This document shows, piece after piece, positions 46,828-56,751 of a stretch of 64,000 nucleotides of DNA. Location of the stretch: positions 10,041-74,040 of the forward strand of contig CAZEZF010000001.1 in the NCBI GenBank assembly GCA_964516495.1, in the 5' to 3' direction. The notes under the pieces were generated by a model. The model was not told where the DNA came from, did no database searches, and worked only from the letters and a program-made list of their open reading frames with translations. Both the position numbers and the translations under genes were made by a program. How positions within the stretch are numbered: position 1 is the stretch's first letter; each line of letters starts with the position of its first letter. Source of the DNA: an uncultured Acidimicrobiia bacterium. Its GTDB lineage: Bacteria > Actinomycetota > Acidimicrobiia > Spongiisociales > Spongiisociaceae.

Positions 46828-47281
46828 TCGGCGGAGCTACTCGTCACTGAACAGTTGGCCGGCGATATCGGGTTGCCGATCTTGCCAGTACCGGGCGACG
46901 GTCTCCGCAAGCCCCGCGTCGCCCAGTTTGGCCGATAGCCAAGGGTCGTCCGCAACATCTCCGAAGGAACCCAGCGCCCGAACGATGTGGTACACGCTCT
47001 GATGACTTCTGCTCACGCCATACCGTAGGCAATACCAGTCCAAGCATCTGTATTGCGCCTGCCCGTCCCATCGTTTCGACACGCATCAGGTCGTAATAGT
47101 CGCGGAGTTCTCCTCGGTCGCCGATCACCTCCAACTTGGTCGCCACCACATCCGGGAAAGACCCGACCACCATCTTTCCTACCGTCTGAGCTCGCCCGAT
47201 CCGATACTGATCGGCGGCCGAGAGATACTGAACTTTACAGCGTGACGACGCATTACTCCATAAACGCATCGAGGTCGGCCA

Positions 47282-48676
47282 ATGCTTCCGTTGCGGGCTG
47301 CTAGGGTGCCGTTGGTGCGTAACTTCGACCTTTTGATCATCGGCGCAGGTTCGGGCAACTCGATCATCGGCCCCGAGCACGACGATTGGGATGTCGCCAT
47401 CGTCGAAAGCGGTCCCTTCGGAGGAACTTGTCTGAACGTCGGCTGCATCCCGTCCAAGATGTATGTGTACGCGGCTGAAATGGCGGAGTTGGCAGCGGAC
47501 GGGGAACGGTTGGGGGTTCATACCCGTTTCGACGGTGTTGACTGGCCCGCCATCCGGGACCGCATCTTCGGACGGATCGATCCGATCGCCGAGGGAGGCC
47601 GACACTACCGGGAGGGTCTTCCTAACGTAACGGTGTATTCGGGCGCGGGACGGTTTGTGGGTCCCAAGCAGGTGGAGGTCACCGGTGAGGTTATAACCGC
47701 GGCGCGGATAGTTGTCGCGGCCGGTGGACGACCCACCGCGCCTCCGGTACCGGGTCTGTCCGAGGCCGGTTACCACACCTCCGACACGATCATGCGGCTT
47801 GATGACCTGCCCGAGCGGCTGCTGGTGATCGGCGCCGGTTACATAGCCGCCGAGTTGGGGGGAGTCATGGGGGCTTTCGGCTCGAGAGTGACATTCCTGC
47901 TGAGAGGCGACACCTTCCTGCGTCGTGAGGACCGCGACATATCGAGCCGGTTCACCGCCGCCTACGCCAAGCGATTCGATGTCCGAACCCACACCCGGAT
48001 TATCGAGGTCCGCCGGGATGGACTCGAGGTCGTGATCGACTTGCTCGACGAGGAGGGGAACCCTACAGAGGTCAGGGGGGACGAGTTGCTGGTCGCAACC
48101 GGCCGCCGCCCCAATTCCGACCGGCTAGAGGTTGTTGCAGGGGGAATCGAGGTCGACCGGCGCGGCTTCGTGGTCACAGACGAACAACTTCGGACCAATG
48201 TAGATAGCGTGTGGGCGTTGGGCGATATCACCAACCCGATCCAGTTGAAACATGTCGCCAATCACGAGGCGCGGGTGGTCCGCCACAACCTGACCAATCC
48301 GGACAACCCCATGACCGTCGACCACCGCTACATCCCCCACGCCGTTTTCGGTTACCCCCAGATTGCGAGCGTCGGGCTGACCGAGGACGAATGTCGTAGC
48401 CGCGACATCCCTCACACGAGCCATGTGCAGCCCTTTGGAGCGGCGGCTTACGGTTGGGCGATGGAGGACTCCGACAGCGTGGCCAAGTTAATCGCCCACC
48501 CGGAGACCCGCCGACTGCTCGGCGCCCACATCATCGGTCCACAGGCCCCCACCCTCATCCAGCAGCTGATCCAAGGCATGCACTTCGATCTGACAGTCGA
48601 CCAGATGGCTAGCGGCCAGTACTACATCCACCCGGCCCTACCCGAGGTGGTTGAACAGGCCCTCCTGGAACTCTGA
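47282..48676 (+). CDS. mtr: mycothione reductase (class I pyridine nucleotide-disulfide oxidoreductase)
   Basis: FAD motif IIGAGSGNS, redox-active disulfide GGTCLNVGCIPSKM, near-identity blocks to mycobacterial Mtr (DITNPIQLKHVANHEARVVRHNL, YGWAMED, IHPALPEVVEQALLEL). The true start may be GTG a few codons in. Confidence 0.8.
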   Translation: MLPLRAARVPLVRNFDLLIIGAGSGNSIIGPEHDDWDVAIVESGPFGGTCLNVGCIPSKMYVYAAEMAELAADGERLGVHTRFDGVDWPAIRDRIFGRIDPIAEGGRHYREGLPNVTVYSGAGRFVGPKQVEVTGEVITAARIVVAAGGRPTAPPVPGLSEAGYHTSDTIMRLDDLPERLLVIGAGYIAAELGGVMGAFGSRVTFLLRGDTFLRREDRDISSRFTAAYAKRFDVRTHTRIIEVRRDGLEVVIDLLDEEGNPTEVRGDELLVATGRRPNSDRLEVVAGGIEVDRRGFVVTDEQLRTNVDSVWALGDITNPIQLKHVANHEARVVRHNLTNPDNPMTVDHRYIPHAVFGYPQIASVGLTEDECRSRDIPHTSHVQPFGAAAYGWAMEDSDSVAKLIAHPETRRLLGAHIIGPQAPTLIQQLIQGMHFDLTVDQMASGQYYIHPALPEVVEQALLEL

Positions 48677-48763
48677 CTGAAGCTCAAATTAGATCATCGC
48701 CGGTTAGCGGTTATCTGATTCCGGCTACGGCCCCTCCCCCGGGGAAGGCGTTGATCTCCGCAC

Positions 48764-48972
48764 CAGCTCCAATTTTTCACGCAGGGGTTTGATTGGGTTA
48801 GCCGAGAGATAGGCTAGGGACACCCCTGACTTGGGAGGATAGCTGCTTGGCGGCCTCTACTGGCCGGGGCGCCCCCATCACCCTGAGGTGAACGCCGGGA
48901 CGACCCACGATGCTGCGCTTGACGTGGCCTTTTTGGGTTCGGTGTTTCTGGGGCATGAAGAATACGGGCTAA
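48764..48972 (+). repeat. interspersed repeat family copy E (forward)
   Basis: cagctccaatttttcacGCAGGGGTTTGATTGGGTTAGCCGAGAGAT...GCTTGACGTGGCCTTTTTGGGTTCGGTGTTTCTGGGGCATGAAGAATACGGGCTAAT. Confidence 0.85.
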
Positions 48973-49019
48973 TCGCGCACGGCTTCTTGCGTTTCGCCGA
49001 CCGATCCCGGAGTCGTGTA

Positions 49020-50021
49020 TCATCCTGGTTGGGTATCCGGACCGGCGCGGCGACGCACTCTCCGCCTTCTGAGCGCGGCTCTGATAACGGGCCTCTCCAC
49101 CACCAACTCCAGGACCACGACCACTATCAGGACCGCGCCGGTGGCCAATGTCAGCACATAGAAGGGCGCTCCTCCGAGGCTGAGCCCGCTGGTGATGAAG
49201 CGGAGAGTGAGGGTACCGACTGCGATTCCTACCACCGAACCTTTACCTCCGAGGAGGCTGACTCCGCCGATCAATGCCGCCGCGGCCGCGGGGAGGAGCA
49301 ACTGCTCGAAGGCGGCCGGCCCGGCGCTTCCCGACTTGATGGAGGTGAGCGCCCCGGCAAGAGCCGCCATCGAACCGGACAGGGCAAAGGTCAGCACCAG
49401 TGGACGGACCAGCGGAACGCCCGCGGCGGCCGCCTCCTGTCGTCCCCCACCCGCCGCGTAGATCTCGCGACCCCAGCGGGTGTACACGAGGAACAGTCCG
49501 ACCATGACGAATACCAGGATGGTCACCAGGCTGAACGGTGAAAACAGCCACAGCTGCTGTCTCACGGAATCGGAGATGTCGAGGTTCTTCATGACCACCG
49601 TGTTCTCTCCCGAGATCATGAAGGCCAATCCCCGTAGCCCGATCAGCGTTCCGAGGGTGAAGACCAGGGAGTGGATCTTCAGACGATGGATCAGGTATCC
49701 CTGGATGGCGCCGTAGGCCAGGCCGAAGACGGTCGAAACGGCTACGGCCGCCGGCAGGCCGAGATCCTCCACGAGCGACACTGCGACGATGCCTGACACC
49801 GCCGCCACCGACCCTACCGAGAGGTCGAGTTCACCGGCGATAATCGTCAGACCCACCGCGAGAGCGGCCAGTCCCAGCCAGGCGAAACCCTCCAAGATCG
49901 TGAAGATGTTGTTGGTGGTCGCAAAGCGCCGGTCCACTATCGCGAATACGATGAACACCCCGACGAAGAGAGCCAACCGAGCCCAGACAATCGCCTCTAC
50001 CCGAGCAGTGAGTTCTTTCAC
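49020..50021 (-). CDS. sugar ABC transporter permease (second of pair)
   Basis: GTG start at 50021 overlaps the upstream stop (GTGA). The 170-aa N-terminal extension in the ORF track is Arg-rich out-of-frame overlap and was rejected. Confidence 0.75.
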   Translation of the reverse strand: MKELTARVEAIVWARLALFVGVFIVFAIVDRRFATTNNIFTILEGFAWLGLAALAVGLTIIAGELDLSVGSVAAVSGIVAVSLVEDLGLPAAVAVSTVFGLAYGAIQGYLIHRLKIHSLVFTLGTLIGLRGLAFMISGENTVVMKNLDISDSVRQQLWLFSPFSLVTILVFVMVGLFLVYTRWGREIYAAGGGRQEAAAAGVPLVRPLVLTFALSGSMAALAGALTSIKSGSAGPAAFEQLLLPAAAAALIGGVSLLGGKGSVVGIAVGTLTLRFITSGLSLGGAPFYVLTLATGAVLIVVVVLELVVERPVIRAALRRRRVRRRAGPDTQPG

Positions 50022-50995
50022 GCCAACCGCCTGCGGTTGCGGATGAGGGTGAAGGCGCTGACGCTCACCAGGATCGCCAACCCGACAAAGAAGACCCTGA
50101 CCCCGTAGCTGAAGCCGCGTAGCACCATCAGGTTCTGGAGCGCGGCGATGAACACCGCTCCGAGGGCGGTCCGGGTGGCGGATCCCTCTCCACCCTGGAT
50201 CGCGGCGCCACCCACCAGTATGGCGGCGATAGCGTCTATGTCGACGCCGTCGAAGTGATCGAGCCGTCCTTGGCTGAATTGGGCGGCGGTGAATATTCCT
50301 GCCATGGCGGCGCCCAACGATGAGACCAGAAAGACATAGATGGCGATCCTTCCGGGCCGAAGTCCGGCCGTCGTGGCTGCGAACCGGTTGGCCCCCACCA
50401 GCGTGACCTCGCGTCCGAAGCGGGTTCTGGTGAGAACCACTGCGGTGATGATCGTTATCAGGACGAAGGCCCAGGTCTGGTTGGGTATCTCCAGGGGGCG
50501 GGAGGTTCCGATCCATTCGGCCGCGTCGGTTCCCGTTCGAACCGTCTTGTTGTCGGTCAGCCAAGCCACCATGCCGAATATGACGGCGCCTACAGCGAGG
50601 GTCACCACGATCGGGTTGCCCCCCAAGGCGACGGCGCCACCCTGAATCACTCCGACCGCCGACGACAGCAGGACCACCGCCGCGATGGCCACCCAGACCG
50701 GGAATCCCCAGCTGAGAAACGCGGCGAAGGAGATCGCCGACATGGCGGCGGTCTGCGAGACGGAAAGCGAGAAGAAGCTACCGGCGATGGTGATTAACGT
50801 CATGGTCACCGCGACAATGCCGATCAGGGCGGCAGTTCGGACTATGGTCTGGAAGTTCCGGTAGGTCATGAACTCCGGCGTCGTGATCCAACCGACTATC
50901 CCCAGCAAGAGCACCGCGCCGATAACCGCCAAGGGGACGAACATCGAACGCGACAAGCCCGGTCCTCTTCCGACGGAGCGGCTGAGATCGCTCAT
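50018..50995 (-). CDS. sugar ABC transporter permease (first of pair)
   Basis: ATG start at 50995 overlaps the ATPase stop (ATGA). Start is MSDLSRSVGRGPGLSRSMFVPLAVIGAVLLL. Confidence 0.75.
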   Translation of the reverse strand: MSDLSRSVGRGPGLSRSMFVPLAVIGAVLLLGIVGWITTPEFMTYRNFQTIVRTAALIGIVAVTMTLITIAGSFFSLSVSQTAAMSAISFAAFLSWGFPVWVAIAAVVLLSSAVGVIQGGAVALGGNPIVVTLAVGAVIFGMVAWLTDNKTVRTGTDAAEWIGTSRPLEIPNQTWAFVLITIITAVVLTRTRFGREVTLVGANRFAATTAGLRPGRIAIYVFLVSSLGAAMAGIFTAAQFSQGRLDHFDGVDIDAIAAILVGGAAIQGGEGSATRTALGAVFIAALQNLMVLRGFSYGVRVFFVGLAILVSVSAFTLIRNRRRLA

Positions 50996-52518
50996 GTCTC
51001 CGCGCTCCGAGGATGGGTGATCTCGTGGATGAGGCGCCTTGAATCGGTCTCGGCCCGGTCGCGCTTGCTTACCTGGGCGCCGCGGAAGTAGGTAACCACG
51101 GTGTCTGCGATTCCCAGCACCTCCTGGGTGTCCGACGATGCGAACACGATACCCATACCCTCGGAGGCGATGGCTCGCAGGTGGCTGTAGATCTCGGCTC
51201 GCGCGCCCACATCGACCCCGCGGGTCGGCTCGTCGACCAGCAGCACCCTGGGGCGGGCGCCGGTCCACTTCCCCACCGCCACCTTCTGCTGATTCCCTCC
51301 GCTCAAAGTTCCTGCGAGAGAGCCCAACCGGGAGCGGTCGATGGTAAAGGTACGGGCGATGCGGTCGCTCATCGTCCGCTCGGCCCGCCTGCGTAGCCAA
51401 CCGGCGGTGGCCACCAGGCCGAGGCTGGGTGAGGTGAGGTTCTCTACCACTGTCCGCTGCAGGAAGATGCCGTCCCGCTTACGGTCTGCAGAGCTATAGC
51501 CGATACCGTTCTCGATAGCGGCTGCCGGTGAATCGGCCGGAACCGGGCTACCCGCCACCGTCACCGACCCGGACATCCGGGTTTCGTGGCCGGCTATAGC
51601 CTTCAGGGTCCCGCTGGCGCCGCTGCCGAGTTGTCCGGCCAACCCGACGATCTCACCGGAACGCACGTCGAGCCGGATCGGCGAAGCCAATCCTCGGGTG
51701 CGTAGGTCCCTTACCTCCAGTACGATCTCACCGTATTGCCGGTCGACCCGTTCCGGAAACAGCGCGGCCAGACTGCCTCCGAGCATCATGGAGATCAGGT
51801 CATCCAGCGAGATGCCGGCGGTGTCAACCGGAGCGTTGGACCGCCCGTCCCGAAACACCGTAACTCGGTCCGCCAACTCGAATACCTCGTCGAGACGGTG
51901 GGTTACATAGATGATCGATCGGCCCTCGTCCTGAAGTGACCGTACCACCGACTTCACCCTCTCGATTTCCCGGTCGGCCAAGGCGGCGGTCGGTTCGTCG
52001 AAGATCAGTACCCGCGCTTTCCTGGCCAGTAGTCGAGCTACCTCGATGAGTTGTCGTTCCGCGACCGTGAGCCGTTCGATCCGGAGAAGAGGGTCAAGAT
52101 CGCCCAGGCCTACCTGCGCTAGGAAGGGTGCGGCCGTTTCGGCCAGCTTTCCGGGTGCGGCGTTCCAGCCCCGCCTGGTGTCGCCCAGAAAGATGTTGTC
52201 GGCCACCGACAGGGTCGGTACCAGGGATAGCTCCTGCTGGACCACCGCGATACCGGCCTGTTCCGACCGGGTGGCCCCGCTGAACTCGACCTTCTCCCCG
52301 GCCAATGAAATGTGACCCTCGTCAGGGGTGTACATTCCGGCAAGTATCTTCACCAGGGTGCTCTTGCCCGCCCCGTTCTCCCCTACCAGAGCCATCACCT
52401 CACCGGAGCGCACCTCGAAATCCACCGAGTCGAGCGCCAGGATGGATCCGAAAGCCTTCGAGACCTCCCGCATCAGCAGTAGTGGGTGGGTGGGTGTCAC
52501 AGCTGTCCTTCCGGCCAT
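50992..52518 (-). CDS. sugar ABC transporter ATP-binding protein with two fused nucleotide-binding domains (RbsA/MglA-like)
   Basis: Two Walker A motifs (GENGAGKST and a degenerate second copy), two LSGG signatures, 508 aa. Confidence 0.85.
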   Translation of the reverse strand: MAGRTAVTPTHPLLLMREVSKAFGSILALDSVDFEVRSGEVMALVGENGAGKSTLVKILAGMYTPDEGHISLAGEKVEFSGATRSEQAGIAVVQQELSLVPTLSVADNIFLGDTRRGWNAAPGKLAETAAPFLAQVGLGDLDPLLRIERLTVAERQLIEVARLLARKARVLIFDEPTAALADREIERVKSVVRSLQDEGRSIIYVTHRLDEVFELADRVTVFRDGRSNAPVDTAGISLDDLISMMLGGSLAALFPERVDRQYGEIVLEVRDLRTRGLASPIRLDVRSGEIVGLAGQLGSGASGTLKAIAGHETRMSGSVTVAGSPVPADSPAAAIENGIGYSSADRKRDGIFLQRTVVENLTSPSLGLVATAGWLRRRAERTMSDRIARTFTIDRSRLGSLAGTLSGGNQQKVAVGKWTGARPRVLLVDEPTRGVDVGARAEIYSHLRAIASEGMGIVFASSDTQEVLGIADTVVTYFRGAQVSKRDRAETDSRRLIHEITHPRSAET

Positions 52519-53393
52519 CCGGCCCGGGACAGAACCTCGGTGGCCGCGTCAAAGGACACCCGGGCCGCCTCCAACGGATGCATGGCGGCCTGGCGGTCGG
52601 ACAGAACTTCTATACCCATGAGGGGGCGGGCCCCTGTTCCGGCGAGTTCTGCGAGGAATCCCGGAAGATCGAAGGCGCCCTGACCAGGAAGAAGGCGATG
52701 CCTCGTAGTGTCCAAGACCATATCGTCCAAGGGTGGGCCGGCATCGTTTAACGCCACCGCCAGGATCAGACGGGGGTCGACCACGGCCAGTTGGCCTCTG
52801 TGGGAAGGTCCGCGAAAGTAGTGCCAGGTGTCGAGGTCTATACCTGCGTTGTCCCGTCCGGCCAACTCGATGATCCTGGCGGCCGTTTCCAGATCAGGGA
52901 TCGATGTCCACGGCATGAACTCGATAGCCGCCTTCACTCCGAACTGCGCCAGCCGGTCACAAACCGCCCCGAAACGTTCGGCCACCAACCCGAGGGGCCG
53001 CCCCGGAGGGAAACGCACATCCCCGACGTTCACGTGATTAGGCCGGAAGACTTCGGCCATATGGTAGAGATTCTCCGCTATCGCCGCCGGCCTCTCGGCA
53101 TCCTCATCGTCGTGCATCCAATCGAACAGAAACTCGACTTCCGCCACCTCGACACCATGCCGGTCGAGGATCTCGATCATCTCCTCGTCTCCTACGCCCG
53201 AGGCGCGCATGCCCGAGTAGTCCGCCTCGCCCAACCCGATCGCTCGATAGCCGGCCGCGGCGGCCGCCTGCACCCTCACCTCGAAAGGCCAGGGCGACTT
53301 GGTACCGTACCCGGCGCCCACCGGCGAACCGGCGATCGTGAAATGGCCGGCGAATAGATCGAATCGGGGAACGGACTTATCGGTCGTGGTCAA
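52497..53393 (-). CDS. sugar phosphate isomerase/epimerase (xylose-isomerase-like TIM barrel)
   Basis: Metal-binding pattern of AP-endonuclease-2/xylose-isomerase-like TIM barrels (HVNVGD, EFMPW, DLDTWH). The start is uncertain and there is no ATG. A TTG at 53393 was chosen because the longer ORF would overlap the VOC gene by 125 nt. Confidence 0.55.
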   Translation of the reverse strand: MTTTDKSVPRFDLFAGHFTIAGSPVGAGYGTKSPWPFEVRVQAAAAAGYRAIGLGEADYSGMRASGVGDEEMIEILDRHGVEVAEVEFLFDWMHDDEDAERPAAIAENLYHMAEVFRPNHVNVGDVRFPPGRPLGLVAERFGAVCDRLAQFGVKAAIEFMPWTSIPDLETAARIIELAGRDNAGIDLDTWHYFRGPSHRGQLAVVDPRLILAVALNDAGPPLDDMVLDTTRHRLLPGQGAFDLPGFLAELAGTGARPLMGIEVLSDRQAAMHPLEAARVSFDAATEVLSRAGWPEGQL

Positions 53394-53487
53394 GACGGTT
53401 GTCCTGCCCGCGTCGATGGCCGGAGCGCTCCCGGGTGAGATAGGGCGGCGCCCGGACGCCGGCCTCGGATCACGAGCCAAGGAGTAA

Positions 53488-53958
53488 TCAGTCCAGCCAT
53501 TCCTCCCCGGCGAGCCAGGCCTCCATTCCAGGACGGCGACCGGCTTCGATGAACTCCAGGCGGGTCCCGTACAGTTCATCGGGGGAAGTGTAGGTGGCCA
53601 GGATGCGATCATCGGGCATGTATTGGGTGGCCTCGTTCTTCAAACCGAGGCCGACCAGCCGCTCGATCAAGGCCTCCGGATCAGGCTCCCACAACCCGAT
53701 ATGATGAAGGCCTTCCTGCTCGCGCCCGTAGAGACCGTCGCTGTCCTGGGATTCGAGCAACTCGAGGTAGGGAGGACCCTGTACAGACCAGGTGATACGA
53801 AGATCGAGTTCCTCCACTCTCGACTTCTGTTCGAATCGGTCGACATGGGCTATCGCCGGTTCCTTGAAGGTAAGCCCGAGTACATCGGCGAAGCGTTCTG
53901 TCGCCTCATCGAGATCGGGTACCAGAACCCCTACATGGAAGAGCCTGGTCGCCGTCAT
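53488..53958 (-). CDS. VOC (glyoxalase/bleomycin-resistance/dioxygenase) family protein
   Basis: 156 aa. N-terminal RLFHVGVLVPDLDEATERF is the typical VOC beta-alpha-beta-beta-beta module. Confidence 0.65.
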   Translation of the reverse strand: MTATRLFHVGVLVPDLDEATERFADVLGLTFKEPAIAHVDRFEQKSRVEELDLRITWSVQGPPYLELLESQDSDGLYGREQEGLHHIGLWEPDPEALIERLVGLGLKNEATQYMPDDRILATYTSPDELYGTRLEFIEAGRRPGMEAWLAGEEWLD

Positions 53959-54050
53959 CGTCCTTTGACACCTGTCATAGACATACCCCTTCCCTCACGC
54001 CCACGCCTTCATCCCCGCGCCGACATTCGAGGAATCCATCCTTTGAGCGG

Positions 54051-54099
54051 GGCGGGACGGCGATGGTGGAGGCCGCCGTCCCGCCGTATACCTTTTTTT
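54051..54099 (+). terminator. intrinsic-terminator-like hairpin on the plus strand (12-bp GC stem, 11-nt loop, then T7)
   Basis: ggcgggacggcg-atggtggaggc-cgccgtcccgcc gtatacc ttttttt, read directly. The T-run is 7 nt from the stem. There is no plus-strand gene upstream, and it faces the 3' end of the minus-strand substrate-binding-protein gene. Confidence 0.35.
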
Positions 54100-54108
54100 C
54101 GGCGCCCG

Positions 54109-55158
54109 TTAGTAGACGCAGAGGTCGGCGACGCCCAGGCCTTCCACCATTACGCTTTCGATCTCGTTCACTCCCGGTGTGTATACGGGGCTACGGACGG
54201 GCGGGTTGGGAATGAAGTTGTTGAAGCTCTCCAAACTGCCGTTGCTGAGATACTCGTGGAGGGTGTTCACGCTGAAGACCCCCTCGAGCCGGGCGGCCTG
54301 CAAACCGGTTGCGAACTCCGTTCCGTCGATCAGGTGGTCGAGATTCCCGTGGCAGGTGCCGCCGACGACCATCACGTCCTGGCCCGGGTGGTAGCCCTCC
54401 TCTTCAAGAGCCTGGATCACCCCTTCCGCAAGGGATGAGTTATGCGCGTAAACCAGGTCTATGCCGGCGTTGCGGTGGGCGGCGATCAACTGCTTGGTGC
54501 CGTCATATCCTTCCGCGGGTCCGAAACCGACATCGACCTCGCCCAGCACGCTGATGTTGGAGCGCGCCAGGATCGGCAGAGCCGCGCCGGACCGGTCGAT
54601 TCCGGCCTGGTAGCCCGCTACGAAGCCGATCACGATCGCATGTCCACCGGCGCCGTGAAGCTCCATGCCGTTGGCGACCATGTGGTCGCGAGCCTCGATG
54701 AGGAGGTTGGCGGCAACTTCGCCGTTGAGACGGTCGTTGACCCCCGCGTAGCCGACCACATAGTTCTCGGAGCCGGGGAATGGGAGCTGGTTGGTCTGGA
54801 TGACCGGAACCCCGGTGTCGGCCAAGGCTCTCAGGGATGCGACCCCCGCCTCGTTGTCGGATGGCCACCACGCATAGGCGACCACATCTTCGTCGGCGGC
54901 GCCCAGCTGCTGCTGAACCTGCGTGTCCTGTTCCGCCTGATCGAAGTTGTTCTCGACTATCACGAGGTTGTAACCCAGCGATGTGGCCGTCTCGTCGGCG
55001 CCGCGCGCCCATTCGGCAATGTATGTGTTGGTCGTCGTGGGAATGAAGGCGACTATGGTACCGCCCTCGGTGCTTTCGTCCTCGCTTGCACAACCGGTCG
55101 CCACCAGCGCCAGCGCCAACAACGCCGCCAGGACGGCCATATTCCGTCTATTTCGCAT
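54109..55158 (-). CDS. sugar ABC transporter substrate-binding lipoprotein (RbsB-like PBP1)
   Basis: Lipoprotein signal MRNRRNMAVLAALLALALVATGCASE followed by a PBP type 1 domain. Confidence 0.8.
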   Translation of the reverse strand: MRNRRNMAVLAALLALALVATGCASEDESTEGGTIVAFIPTTTNTYIAEWARGADETATSLGYNLVIVENNFDQAEQDTQVQQQLGAADEDVVAYAWWPSDNEAGVASLRALADTGVPVIQTNQLPFPGSENYVVGYAGVNDRLNGEVAANLLIEARDHMVANGMELHGAGGHAIVIGFVAGYQAGIDRSGAALPILARSNISVLGEVDVGFGPAEGYDGTKQLIAAHRNAGIDLVYAHNSSLAEGVIQALEEEGYHPGQDVMVVGGTCHGNLDHLIDGTEFATGLQAARLEGVFSVNTLHEYLSNGSLESFNNFIPNPPVRSPVYTPGVNEIESVMVEGLGVADLCVY

Positions 55159-55449
55159 GTTCCGGATCCTCCCTCACGGCCTGCTTCACGGTCCACTGAG
55201 CGGCGATCAGCCAGAAGCAAGACAGCGGCCTTGTGGACAACTTACGAGATTCTACCCGAAGGAGTAGGGCGTCGGCAGGGAATCAGGCCTATTCCTGACC
55301 CTTGTTCACAAGTGGCCGACAGGCCTCGGCTGCGAACGACACCCTATAGGTAACCGGCGTCAGTAGCGTTACCTGATCCGAGTGCGTTTGTAATCCTTCG
55401 GCAAGGGAATCACCCTGGGACGGGAGCGGGCCGATTCCCATGTGACGGC

Positions 55450-56718
55450 TCAGTACTCATTGGCCACCATCAATTCCTCGGCCGGGAAGAGCGTAACCAC
55501 CTTGGGTCCCTCCGCCGTACATACCACCTGCTCCTCGATCCGCGCCGCTGACCGTCCATCGGCAGCCGGGCAGAACGTCTCGAGCGCGAAGAACATACCC
55601 TCCTTCAACTCGATGGGGGTATCTATGGAGTTCAGGCGGCTGATCACCGGCCGCTCGTGAACGGCTAGACCGACGCCGTGGCCGAACTGGAGCCCGAAGG
55701 CCTCCATTTCGTCAGGGAAACCGAACTCATCCGCCTCGGGCCATGACCGGGCGATCTCATCGGTGGTGGTTCCGGGCTTGACGAGTGCAATCGCGGCGTC
55801 TATCCACTCCCGGGCCTTCTTGTATGCGTCACGTTGAGCCTGGGTCGCCCTTCCTACCACAAAGGTTCGGTAATAGCAGGTGCGGTAGCCGTTATAGGCC
55901 TGGATGATGTCGAAATAGGCGGTGTCGCCGGGACGGATGAGCCGGTCGGAAAAGACGTGTGGATGGGGACTGCATCGTTCCCCGGCGATCGAGTTTATGG
56001 CTTCCACATGTTCGGATCCCATCTCGTAGAGCCGCTTGTTGGCGAGCGCCACTATGTCCGATTCCCGCACGCCCGGCTTGAGCGCTTCGAATATATTCTG
56101 ATAGACCCCGTCTACCATCGCCGAGGCCTGGGTGAGAAGGGTGATCTCGTCCGAACTCTTGATCTCGCGCGCCGCCAGCATGGTCTGCTGGCCGTTCCTG
56201 ACTTCGATCCCGGCCCTTGCCAGTTCGAGGAACATCTCCGACTCGGCCATGTCGACACCGACGGGCATCCCGGCCACTCCCTCGTCGCGGAGAACCTCGG
56301 CTATTTCCCGTACCGCCCTGGTCACCAACCCGGTCTCGGGACCTATCGACCCCGCCAAACCGGTGTTGCCGCCTACCGATTGCTCCGGAACCAGCCAGGG
56401 GGCCTGCAGTTTGTGGACCCGAGCCGCGGATCCGAAATCCCAGATCCAGGGTTCGCCGGTCCGGGTCAGCAACGCCCAACGCTCCATCTTGTTAAACGCC
56501 CAGTAACCGATGTGGGTAGCGGTCAGGTAGCGGATGTTGGCGGTATCGAAGACGAGAAGCGCTCCCAGGTCGGACTCCTCCAGCGCCTGCCGCGCCCGTG
56601 ACAGCCGGTATGCGCGAAGCCGGTCGAAGTCGACCCGTTGCTCCCAGTCCACCCCCATCACTCCGGGGGAAGGAGTGGTGGCTACCGGGAACTCGGGCGC
56701 ACGCTCGGTGTTTTCCAT
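55450..56718 (-). CDS. M24 family metallopeptidase (Xaa-Pro aminopeptidase / creatinase-like)
   Basis: N-terminal creatinase-N domain plus C-terminal pita-bread fold with metal ligands (D..D..H..E..E pattern visible). Confidence 0.75.
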   Translation of the reverse strand: MENTERAPEFPVATTPSPGVMGVDWEQRVDFDRLRAYRLSRARQALEESDLGALLVFDTANIRYLTATHIGYWAFNKMERWALLTRTGEPWIWDFGSAARVHKLQAPWLVPEQSVGGNTGLAGSIGPETGLVTRAVREIAEVLRDEGVAGMPVGVDMAESEMFLELARAGIEVRNGQQTMLAAREIKSSDEITLLTQASAMVDGVYQNIFEALKPGVRESDIVALANKRLYEMGSEHVEAINSIAGERCSPHPHVFSDRLIRPGDTAYFDIIQAYNGYRTCYYRTFVVGRATQAQRDAYKKAREWIDAAIALVKPGTTTDEIARSWPEADEFGFPDEMEAFGLQFGHGVGLAVHERPVISRLNSIDTPIELKEGMFFALETFCPAADGRSAARIEEQVVCTAEGPKVVTLFPAEELMVANEY

Positions 56719-56751
56719 ACGGTACCTTTCGAATAGACGCTGATCAGGACT

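Noticed and set aside
46844-47992. 382-aa minus-strand ORF
   Set aside because: It is antisense to mtr over most of its length. mtr has near-identity blocks to mycobacterial mycothione reductase, and the ORF product is low-complexity (Arg/Gly/Pro-rich). Only its last about 60 codons, around 47040-47270, look protein-like, and these are discussed as a possible frameshifted small gene.
49020-51400. Long N-terminal extensions of the two permease ORFs (514 aa and 460 aa in the ORF track)
   Set aside because: The extensions are Arg-rich and overlap the upstream genes in another frame. Starts were reset to GTG 50021 and ATG 50995, which form canonical overlapping stop-start junctions.
54442-55353. 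303-aa plus-strand ORF (and the 196-aa ORF at 54503-55093)
   Set aside because: Antisense or out-of-frame within the substrate-binding lipoprotein gene, with Arg/Gly-rich composition.
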